Notes under the pieces: generated by a model | Databases searched by the model: none | Seen by the model: only the letters and a program-made list of their open reading frames with translations | Told to the model about the DNA's origin: nothing | Virus record (IMG/VR): IMGVR_UViG_2671180804_000001 | DNA length: 16,868 nucleotides | Strand: one strand, 5' to 3' | Origin: a virus | Lineage: Duplodnaviria > Heunggongvirae > Uroviricota > Caudoviricetes | Position numbers and translations under genes: made by a program | Part shown: positions 6,844-14,228 of the stretch, one piece after another | Layout of the letters: every line of letters begins with the position of its first letter | Position numbering within the stretch: position 1 is the first letter of the stretch

Positions 6844-8975
6844 TGAAGATGAAAAACGCCCCAAACATTAAGTGTCTGCCAAAGGACAAGTTTACTGAGG
6901 CGATTATTTTTGCGGGGGAAGATGCTTATTCACACGCGCAGCACTGGATCGAGAGCGAGGGGAAAAGGGCGGGGGATGATGTGCCGCCTGTGTATCTGGG
7001 GAAAAAGCAGCTGGAGGAGCTTGAAAGGCTGAATATCATCGATCAGGGGCGTCGTTGCGTACGCGTGATTAGAGCTGGCGAGCTTTCCGAAATGCAGATA
7101 AGCACTATCGCAACCAAACTGGCGCTGGCGGATGTGAAAGAGGCCCGGCTGTTTAATGGCATGTTTGAGCCTCAGCCGAAGGAGAACTGGACGGATGTAC
7201 TTCCACGGCTCAGGGAAGATGCCGAGCGTGGGGAAAGTATTGTGGTAAATCTGCCTGTGAAAAAAAGGGAGCCAAAGCCTGAACCGGGTGATGAACTGAA
7301 ACCCCGCGTAGAGAGCCGTAACGATGGCCTGTACTGGATCACGCCAAAGGTGGATAAGGACAGCGGAGAAATAATCAATAACGAAACGTGGATGTGTTCG
7401 CCGCTTGAGGTGGTGGGGTCCGGTAGTGACGGGGCCGAGCGCTATCTCGTTTTGCGCTGGCGTTCGCCACGTGGCCATGAAGATATTACCAGGGCGATCC
7501 CCTGTGCTGATATCGGTGAGCGTGACGGCTGGCGCTATCTAAAGGCTGGTGGGGTAAACGTAACGACTAAAAGTACATTCCGGGCAATTCTTGCCGACTG
7601 GCTACAGCAATGTGGTGCAGGGCAGGAATGGATTATTAGCCATACCACCGGCTGGCATCACGGCGCATACATCATGCCAGATGGTGAAGTTATCGGTGAT
7701 CCGGAAATGCCTATTCTCTTTAACGGTCGCAGCGCTGCATCTTCCGGTTATGCCGTGGCTGGAACTGCTGAGAGTTGGCGGGATTCAGTGGCATATCTGG
7801 CAGGAGGCAACCCATCGATGATGCTGGGTGTGGCTGCGGCATTGTCTGCGCCGCTGATCGGGCTGGTGGGCGCTGATGGCTTCGGCGTCCATTTGTTCGA
7901 ACAGTCCAGCGCCGGTAAGACTACCACCGCAAATATTGCGAGCAGTATTTGGGGCGAGCCCGACGCTTTGAGGTTGACCTGGTACGGTACCGCGCTTGGT
8001 ATTGCTAACGAGGCAGAGGCGCATAACGACAGCCTGTTACCACTTGATGAGGTAGGGCAGGGCAGCAGTGCTAAAGATGTCGCCACGTCTGCTTACACTT
8101 TGTTTAACGGGGCTGGGAAGTTGCAGGGGGCTAAAGAGGGTGGCAACCGGGAGCTAAAGCGCTGGCGAACTGTTGCGATCAGTACCGGGGAAATGGATAT
8201 TGAAACATTCCTGGCTGCTGGTGGAATTAGGGTGAAAGCTGGGCAGCTGGTGCGCCTGCTGAATATCCCCATGGAGAAATCCACGGCCTTTAACGGGCTG
8301 GCTAACGGAAAGGCCCACGCCGATGCACTGAAAGAGTCATGGATTGATAACCACGGCGCAGCAGGGCGTGAGTGGGTAAAATGGCTGGCAACCCACCAGC
8401 AGGAGGCTAAACAGGCTGTGCGGGATGCGCAGACGCGCTGGCGCAGTCTTATTCCGGCTGATTATGGTGAACAGGTTCATCGTGTGGCTGAGCGCTTCGC
8501 CATTCTTGAGGCTGCGCTGGTAACTGGTTCGCCGATAACTGGCTGGAGTGAACAAGCCAGCCGGGATGCTATTCAGCATAGCTTCAATGCCTGGGTAAAA
8601 GAATTCGGAACAGGTAACAAGGAGCACCAGCAGATCATCGAGCAGTGCGAGGCCTTTCTGAACGCGCATGGTATGAGCCGCTATGCTCCGCTGCCATACT
8701 GCCCGTCAGATATGCCAATTCGTGATATGGCTGGATACCGCGAAAGGGGCAAGCATGATGATTCGCCGATGGTGTTTTATACCTTCCCTTCTGCGTTCGA
8801 AAAAGAGATAGCGCAGGGGTTCAATGCGAAGCAGTTCGCCAGAGTTCTGTCTGAATCTGGAATGTTGACACCCCCAGCAAGCGGCAGGGGATACCAGCGG
8901 AAATCACCGCGTATCGATGGGCGTCAGATTAATGTTTACGTCATTCAGTACCAGCAGGAGGGAACCGAAGAATAA
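6843..8975 (+). CDS. Replication initiator, primase/helicase-like protein (P4 alpha-like role)
   Basis: 710 aa, last gene of the coupled operon and immediately upstream of the iteron array. Contains a P-loop-like motif (LFEQSSAGKTTTAN). Resembles satellite/prophage primase-helicase proteins of the DUF927 type; that assignment is from memory, not a search. Confidence 0.75.
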   Translation: MKMKNAPNIKCLPKDKFTEAIIFAGEDAYSHAQHWIESEGKRAGDDVPPVYLGKKQLEELERLNIIDQGRRCVRVIRAGELSEMQISTIATKLALADVKEARLFNGMFEPQPKENWTDVLPRLREDAERGESIVVNLPVKKREPKPEPGDELKPRVESRNDGLYWITPKVDKDSGEIINNETWMCSPLEVVGSGSDGAERYLVLRWRSPRGHEDITRAIPCADIGERDGWRYLKAGGVNVTTKSTFRAILADWLQQCGAGQEWIISHTTGWHHGAYIMPDGEVIGDPEMPILFNGRSAASSGYAVAGTAESWRDSVAYLAGGNPSMMLGVAAALSAPLIGLVGADGFGVHLFEQSSAGKTTTANIASSIWGEPDALRLTWYGTALGIANEAEAHNDSLLPLDEVGQGSSAKDVATSAYTLFNGAGKLQGAKEGGNRELKRWRTVAISTGEMDIETFLAAGGIRVKAGQLVRLLNIPMEKSTAFNGLANGKAHADALKESWIDNHGAAGREWVKWLATHQQEAKQAVRDAQTRWRSLIPADYGEQVHRVAERFAILEAALVTGSPITGWSEQASRDAIQHSFNAWVKEFGTGNKEHQQIIEQCEAFLNAHGMSRYAPLPYCPSDMPIRDMAGYRERGKHDDSPMVFYTFPSAFEKEIAQGFNAKQFARVLSESGMLTPPASGRGYQRKSPRIDGRQINVYVIQYQQEGTEE

Positions 8976-8995
8976 TTACACGTGAGGTTTATTTT

Positions 8996-9284
8996 GTTGG
9001 TTCAGTTGGTTCAGTAGGTAGTGTGTATCGTTATCGTGGTGTTTATATTGATTATTTTACACAGAAACTGAACCAACACTGAACCAACAAATGACTGTTT
9101 TGAACCAACAAGCGGGGGATTTGAACCAACATACCTACCCTGCCCGAATAAGTGTTTTTACTGAACCAACATAAAAACGGCGTTGTTGGTTCAAAACGGG
9201 GCTTTGTTGGTTCACTAAATAAAAATAAGTCTTTTAAAAACAATGTTCTTTACAAATTGAACCAACTGAACCAACTGAACCAAC
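8996..9284. repeat. Iteron array, putative origin of replication
   Basis: 12 exact copies of the 9-mer TGAACCAAC / GTTGGTTCA. Forward copies start at 9069, 9080, 9101, 9122, 9162, 9258, 9267, 9276; reverse copies at 8996, 9005, 9185, 9206. The array begins about 20 bp after the primase stop. Confidence 0.75.
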
Positions 9285-9321
9285 ATAGTTTTGTTTATAT
9301 ACGCAGAAAATGAGGTGAAAA

Positions 9322-9543
9322 ATGTTGGATGCCGGAATGATTGAGAAGAAATCAGCAGGAAGTGCATCGTTGTGGATGCGTGAGGCTGTGGAGGAAATAG
9401 ATAAACAATTTGGCGTTGGCTATGCCAGCAACAACCCTGAGCTGGTGGCAGGGTTCATGCAGGCAGCAGCCATTGATCAGGCGGGGATGTATATCCGGTC
9501 GCTGGTGGAAACGCTGGATTTATGGCCCGGTTCGCTGGCTTAA
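9322..9543 (+). CDS. Hypothetical small protein
   Basis: 73 aa with GAGGTG RBS, directly downstream of the iterons. Confidence 0.5.
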   Translation: MLDAGMIEKKSAGSASLWMREAVEEIDKQFGVGYASNNPELVAGFMQAAAIDQAGMYIRSLVETLDLWPGSLA

Positions 9544-9588
9544 AGCTGAGAGTAAGCCAAAAAACAACATAATTGATGGAGGTAATTT

Positions 9589-9783
9589 ATGGCCTTTAAC
9601 GATTTTATGGAAGAATCGGAATTGTTTGAGCTACTGGGCAAGAAAAAAACGGCTGTATGGCGGTTACGAAAAGACCATGGTTTTCCGAATCCTGTTCTTA
9701 CCTACCCGTCGCGCTACAGCCGCAAAGCTGTAATGAAATGGCTTGAGGATGGTGGTATTAACCGTACGGTTTGTGGTTATTGA
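9589..9783 (+). CDS. AlpA/Xis-like helix-turn-helix DNA-binding protein (second copy in the element)
   Basis: 64 aa with GGAGG RBS. ELFELLGKKKTAVWRLRKDHGFPNPVLTYPSRYSRKAVMKWLE fits the AlpA/excisionase HTH pattern. Confidence 0.6.
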   Translation: MAFNDFMEESELFELLGKKKTAVWRLRKDHGFPNPVLTYPSRYSRKAVMKWLEDGGINRTVCGY

Positions 9784-9798
9784 ACCTGAATTTATCTG

Positions 9799-9827
9799 GC
9801 TGCACTCTTTTGGGTGCAGTTATTTTC
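9799..9827 (+). terminator. Rho-independent terminator after the AlpA-like gene
   Basis: GCTGCAC - tcttttgg - GTGCAGT stem-loop followed by TATTTTCC. Confidence 0.5.
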
Positions 9828-10048
9828 CTGTCAGGTAGGGATGGATGTTGATCATTACCTGTAATCATTATTCTCCGGCATACCGTTCGCCTCTTCGCGT
9901 AAAGTTGCCTGGTCATTGGAAACCTCGCCTTTCTGACCAGTTAGAAAAATCCTAGTGGTTAACATCTGTTGAATAAAACAGCAAAAAGGAGTTCACACCT
10001 TACGCACTATACAGTGCTACGCCCAAAGCCGCGTCAACGCTGGCTTTC

Positions 10049-10150
10049 GGGGGTATACACCCCTTGTGCATAAATAGTGAAACTTGTATACAAAAATGCA
10101 GAAAATCAGCCTGCAAGCCGCACCAGATAAGAGTTGTCTGTGTATACAGA
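10049..10150. promoter_or_regulatory. Cluster of GTATAC-centred palindromes (putative operators) upstream of the AT-rich operon
   Basis: GGGGGTATACACCCC (10049..10063), the perfect palindrome TTGTATACAA (10085..10094) and TGTATACA (about 10143..10150), all within roughly 100 bp of a 570-bp non-coding region. Confidence 0.35.
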
Positions 10151-10353
10151 TAGGATTTAAATTTGTTTAAACTAACCACCCTTTGATATGGTTTGATTGT
10201 CCAACTGTCTGCTGGCTGTATGTGTACCTAACGGGGAAGAGTGATGTTCCTCGCACTAATGTTTTCATTAAACGGGTATCTTTGATGGAGTTTGGTTAAG
10301 AATTCACAGCAGGGTTGTAGAATGTTTTTATCATTAATGGAGATGTATGGAAT

Positions 10354-10710
10354 ATGCAAAGACTGGTTGAAATTAAAAAACGCCTTGAATTAATCGAAGA
10401 AGCATTAAATGAACAGTATCCAAATTATAAATCAGACCCTGAGATTACAGCACAAATTACAGAATTGAAAGGACATGTACAAGACGCTCGTAAAATAATA
10501 CAAAAAAAGAAATCCCTGGGTGAACTATCAGACTTTGAAATAGCATTTATCGAACCAGCTATTAATGATGTTTACTTAACCTCGATCGATAAAATTCGTC
10601 GTGGAGCCAAACCTAGCCCTAGCGTGAGTGAACATATATACGATACGTCTGTGACTTTGGATCATTGGTTGGGCGAAATTGGTAGGTTTAAATCCAATCA
10701 GAATGGTTAA
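10354..10710 (+). CDS. Hypothetical protein, gene 1 of the AT-rich cargo operon
   Basis: 118 aa, charged and predicted helical. A sampled stretch (10381..10440) is about 33% G+C. No recognisable motif. Confidence 0.55.
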   Translation: MQRLVEIKKRLELIEEALNEQYPNYKSDPEITAQITELKGHVQDARKIIQKKKSLGELSDFEIAFIEPAINDVYLTSIDKIRRGAKPSPSVSEHIYDTSVTLDHWLGEIGRFKSNQNG

Positions 10711-10761
10711 AGCGATTTGTAATGTTTTGATTTTTGTAAGGGTGGAATTCGGAGGGGAGAA

Positions 10762-11664
10762 ATGGTAGCAAGCGTATCAACTAAGGAAAATTTGCCTAAG
10801 CTGGAGACAACCTTTCATGTCAAAGCGAATGGTTCAAGTATAAATATCAAACTTGGTGCTTTAGAGTTTAATCATGTCTTATCTCCATGTGAAAAATATT
10901 TATATGTTCAACTTTGTAACTCAACGTCTGAGGACTCAGGTAAATTCATTAAATTAGATGTAACTACTGGACGTAAAATTTATTCGGTAGGGCCTGAGTG
11001 GGGATGGGCCAGAGGCTATACATTTAATCATGATGGAAATATTTGTGTTGAGACAGATCACTATGGTACCTGGTTAGTTAATGATGATGGAGGTATTTCA
11101 GACCGCGCTGATTACTATATGCGCCGCGTGAAGACTGCTGATTATGGAACGATGAGAGCTTTGCCTAATTTTTTTGAGTTGCATGGGAAAACACCTGAAA
11201 CATGTGCCGAGGCGATGGAGGCTCTTGAACGATTTTTGAGTACATGTTCATCCATGTTCCATGGATTGTCGTATGGTGCTCTGGCATTAAAATCACGTGC
11301 TGAGATTCAAGCCTTTTTGGGTGATAACTCAGGGGCACTACAGAGTTGCGTTGATGCTTTATGCCTTGACCCAAAAGTTACAGTTAAACGAATGCTGAAT
11401 TCACTTAGTAAAAAACTTAATCTTGATAAAGACACTTTAAAACCTTCCGATTGGGTTGAGTCGCTAAAAGTTGATATAGAAGCCAATCGTAATATTGAAA
11501 TCAATAAGATTGAAGAAAATCGCAATCAGATAAAAGATAAGGATGTGATTGTTGTCAGTGACATGAAAATTATGAATAAAGAACCACATGCTAAAAATAA
11601 CATCATGAAATATTTTTTGCTGATAGTGGTCTTAGTGGCAGCATTAGTTGCTCTCTTCAAATGA
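10762..11664 (+). CDS. Hypothetical membrane-anchored protein, gene 2 of the AT-rich cargo operon
   Basis: 300 aa with strong GGAGGGGAG RBS. Single hydrophobic helix at the extreme C-terminus (YFLLIVVLVAALVALF); the rest looks soluble. AT-rich. Confidence 0.6.
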   Translation: MVASVSTKENLPKLETTFHVKANGSSINIKLGALEFNHVLSPCEKYLYVQLCNSTSEDSGKFIKLDVTTGRKIYSVGPEWGWARGYTFNHDGNICVETDHYGTWLVNDDGGISDRADYYMRRVKTADYGTMRALPNFFELHGKTPETCAEAMEALERFLSTCSSMFHGLSYGALALKSRAEIQAFLGDNSGALQSCVDALCLDPKVTVKRMLNSLSKKLNLDKDTLKPSDWVESLKVDIEANRNIEINKIEENRNQIKDKDVIVVSDMKIMNKEPHAKNNIMKYFLLIVVLVAALVALFK

Positions 11665-11702
11665 TATTCATATAGGTGATTAATAATCATAAGGTTTAGT
11701 TT

Positions 11703-12224
11703 ATGCAGGAGCTAACGATACAGTTTGCCAAAGATTTACACAGTGTGTTTCAAAGCAATCGCAATAAATTAGATAAGATAGGAATACCATTTTTTTATAG
11801 TTTTCCGACAAATGCATGCCAGGGCGCATCTGTGTATCTTAGCTTATTTTTTACGTGGCTTGTGCCAGAGGCTACTGTCAGAGTTGTTAAAGGAAGTCAT
11901 AGAACGCTGGATCATCATCACTACTGGGTCGAACTTGATGGGAAGGTGTTTGATTTGACAAATGCTCAGTTCGAATCCTGGTTGGGAGAAAGGTATCCTG
12001 AGCTGGACTCTCCTGTATATGCTCAAAGAAAGCATCCTCTTCGTAATTATTTTTTTTATAAAGAAAGAGAGTCGGCCATCCGTGCTTATGCAACATTCTG
12101 TAGCGAGCATGCGAACGTAAAAGATGTAGACAAGGCGCAATGGTTTGTTATGGGGAAACTCAGAGAAATGGGCTGGGAACTTGAGCAGAACATCGCTGGT
12201 GGCCGATTGATAAAAATAAGATAG
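11703..12224 (+). CDS. Hypothetical protein, gene 3 of the AT-rich cargo operon
   Basis: 173 aa. Contains a conserved-looking Cys (TNACQGAS) and a His cluster (LDHHHYWVELDG) that could form a Cys/His catalytic pair; this is speculative. AT-rich. Confidence 0.55.
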   Translation: MQELTIQFAKDLHSVFQSNRNKLDKIGIPFFYSFPTNACQGASVYLSLFFTWLVPEATVRVVKGSHRTLDHHHYWVELDGKVFDLTNAQFESWLGERYPELDSPVYAQRKHPLRNYFFYKERESAIRAYATFCSEHANVKDVDKAQWFVMGKLREMGWELEQNIAGGRLIKIR

Positions 12225-12249
12225 CCAGTTACCACCACTGATAGCGATT

Positions 12250-12274
12250 GGCGATGTTGTTACATCGCCTTTTT
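12250..12274 (+). terminator. Rho-independent terminator closing the AT-rich operon
   Basis: Perfect 8-bp stem GGCGATGT / ACATCGCC with a 4-nt loop, followed by TTTTT. Confidence 0.6.
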
Positions 12275-12366
12275 CATATCATTATCGTTTCATTTTATGC
12301 AATAAATGTATTGATCGTTTCATAATCAGCAACTACAATCACTGTATAAACATCAGGGGGGGTGGT

Positions 12367-12543
12367 ATGAACAAGAAGCAAAACTCACAAGTAGTGCTAC
12401 TGACGCGTGGTCAGGTTGAAGCTTTGCAACGCATTCAGGAAGAGGAGCGTAAACGTTCTGAATTTGGCATACAGCCATCAATCCATGAAATCGCACGCAA
12501 GCTGGTGGATAAGGCGCTGAGCTATCACGGAGGTGCTTTCTGA
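12367..12543 (+). CDS. Small putative DNA-binding protein (RHH-like), absent from the supplied ORF track
   Basis: 58-aa ORF translated by hand: MNKKQNSQVVLLTRGQVEALQRIQEEERKRSEFGIQPSIHEIARKLVDKALSYHGGAF. GGGGGTGG RBS upstream. Its stop overlaps the next start as TGATG. It falls below the apparent length cut-off of the ORF track. Confidence 0.45.
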   Translation: MNKKQNSQVVLLTRGQVEALQRIQEEERKRSEFGIQPSIHEIARKLVDKALSYHGGAF

Positions 12544-13379
12544 TGGCAAAAGTATCGTTAACAGCACTCCTTGGATTTACTGGTGGCGCAAATAACGTCC
12601 GCAATTCCCAAAAGCCAACACTTCGACAGCGGGAAAAATCCATGAGCAAAAAAGAGCGTAGCTTTGCACATCTTGATGCTGCGGCTACTCAAACGATTGT
12701 GGTGCAGGACCAGCAGCAAACCCAGACTCTGAAACCAGCCGGTTCTTACCGTATTTCCAGTCAGCATAGCCGGGGGCATAACGTTGCAATATCAGAGGAA
12801 GGGAAGAATAGCCCTGTCCTGGCGGTTAAGCTGTTACGTGAAACGAAACTAAGCTCCAGTAAAATCCGTGCTCGCCTTCGGGAAGAGCCTGCGGCTTTAT
12901 CAAAGTTCACGGCTAATTTCATGGAAGAAAATATGCCAGGCTGGGAATTTCTCAACGATGAGGAAAAATCCAGAACTGCCATGCAGCTATCCATTCGCGA
13001 TAATGATCAGAACGGTTATCACGCTTCCCGGAATCGTGCATCTCAAACGCTTAAATCGCTTGAAGAACCACTTACTGATGATGAAAAGCAGGCGATGCTC
13101 GAAAATCTTCGTCTGGACCAAAATGCTTCCGATCCTGATACCCCGGATAATGTTGCGGCCCGAAAACAAGCTGACGATGAATATCAGGAGCAGGTTGCCA
13201 GGGCTATTGTTGCCAGAAACAATCAAATGCGTTCCACCGGTGTGTTCTTGCCAGGCGATACCCGTACAGCTGGTGGTAAGCCCTCCGCACCTCGAAATGA
13301 GTTGCAGATGATTAAGTCTGGTCTTAAATCCGGGGCTATTGTGGTTTCTCAGCCCTCAAATGGAGAAATTCATCCATGA
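12543..13379 (+). CDS. Hypothetical protein, long paralogue of the following gene
   Basis: 278 aa with GGAGGTG RBS 7 nt upstream; coupled to the small ORF upstream. Shares a domain of about 100 aa with the next gene. Confidence 0.5.
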   Translation: MAKVSLTALLGFTGGANNVRNSQKPTLRQREKSMSKKERSFAHLDAAATQTIVVQDQQQTQTLKPAGSYRISSQHSRGHNVAISEEGKNSPVLAVKLLRETKLSSSKIRARLREEPAALSKFTANFMEENMPGWEFLNDEEKSRTAMQLSIRDNDQNGYHASRNRASQTLKSLEEPLTDDEKQAMLENLRLDQNASDPDTPDNVAARKQADDEYQEQVARAIVARNNQMRSTGVFLPGDTRTAGGKPSAPRNELQMIKSGLKSGAIVVSQPSNGEIHP

Positions 13380-13825
13380 CTTTCAGCCACCTGAATAACA
13401 GTCCCATGGCTGTGGCAGGTGGCCTTTGGGCCTCTGTCACCCCGATAACAAATGATGTCACTACGATGTCAGCGCATGCAGAGGCCCACTATATTGCGAG
13501 CAGCGAACCAGCTAAACACAACCCCATACTTGCTCTCCGTCTTATTGAACAGGGCATACCTCACCAGAAAGCAATCAGTGTGCTGGAGAAGTCCCCGCGA
13601 GCGCTAAGCAATTATACCGTTCGGAAAATGGAACGTTTCTGCCCCGGCTGGGAGCTGATGACTGAAGAAATGCAGAATATGGAGGCGTATCTCCATAGTG
13701 TCAGAACCAGCGATGGAAATGGATATCTGGCTTGTATGAACGCGGCCACAGCGGCATTAAATAAATTTATAGAGCCGGTAACGGCTGAAGACTTTATCCT
13801 GGTGGGAGATAGTGCTGATGTCTAA
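13376..13825 (+). CDS. Hypothetical protein, short paralogue of the preceding gene
   Basis: 149 aa; ATGA overlap with the upstream gene. RKMERFCPGWELMTEE...DGNGYLA aligns with NFMEENMPGWEFLNDE...DQNGYHA in the preceding protein. Confidence 0.5.
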   Translation: MTFSHLNNSPMAVAGGLWASVTPITNDVTTMSAHAEAHYIASSEPAKHNPILALRLIEQGIPHQKAISVLEKSPRALSNYTVRKMERFCPGWELMTEEMQNMEAYLHSVRTSDGNGYLACMNAATAALNKFIEPVTAEDFILVGDSADV

Positions 13826-14228
13826 TTCATTTGATTTTGAGCTGGTGGCTGACGATAAGGTCAGTGGTGCAATTGAGCGTATTAATGAATCACTGAATGA
13901 CTTGCAGCCGAAGCTGGATAAAACCAGAACGGGGCTGCAATTCGGTGGGCAGGAAACACTGGATGGTTTGAACGGGTATAACTCTCGCCTTGAGCTGATG
14001 GCCCAAAGCGCCAGAGATAATGTGCAGTATATCGGTAATATGGTCCCACCATTAAAATGGTTGGGGATATCTCCGGAAAGCTGGAGAAAATGGCGAAGAT
14101 TGGCCTTGTCGGTGGTGCTATTGGTGGTGTTGCCTACGCAACTGGAAAACTGGCTGAAAGCTACCGGGAAGCATCGCGTGAGGCCTATAACCTTGACGTA
14201 TCGTCTAAAAATGCCGGAATGCGGGTAG
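13818..14228 (+). CDS. N-terminal fragment of a frameshift-interrupted gene
   Basis: ATG 13818 with GGGAG RBS. Translation looks protein-like up to about 14040. After that the frame gives W/R-rich sequence, while the -1 frame (ORF 14057..14878) opens at 14039 and looks protein-like. Confidence 0.4.
   Translation: MSNSFDFELVADDKVSGAIERINESLNDLQPKLDKTRTGLQFGGQETLDGLNGYNSRLELMAQSARDNVQYIGNMVPPLKWLGISPESWRKWRRLALSVVLLVVLPTQLENWLKATGKHRVRPITLTYRLKMPECG

Noticed and set aside
6930-7478. 182-aa minus-strand ORF (and others at 7172..7378, 7748..8086, 7785..8024, 8093..8284, 8337..8669) inside the primase gene
   Set aside because: Antisense to a long, well-supported CDS in a GC-rich region where spurious antisense ORFs are expected. 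Compositions are low-complexity.
9052-9243. 63-aa minus-strand ORF across the iteron array
   Set aside because: It is composed of the repeated 9-mer itself. An ORF built from iterons is an artefact of the repeats.
8996-9284. Possible CRISPR array
   Set aside because: The repeats are only 9 bp, occur in both orientations with irregular spacing, and no cas genes are present. This is an iteron-type origin, not CRISPR.
9410-9733. 107-aa plus-strand ORF overlapping two small genes
   Set aside because: It bridges two ORFs that each have a strong RBS, and its translation is W/R-rich. Out-of-frame artefact.
12868-13311. 147-aa alternative-frame ORF (and minus-strand ORFs 12761..12994, 12987..13226) inside the 278-aa gene
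   Set aside because: The 12543..13379 frame has a strong RBS, translational coupling and a paralogue supporting it. The alternative frames give low-complexity sequence.
14040-14228. C-terminal 60 aa of ORF 13812..14228 as real coding sequence
   Set aside because: After about 14040 this frame gives W/R-rich sequence while the overlapping -1 frame is protein-like. The tail is out-of-frame read-through following a frameshift.
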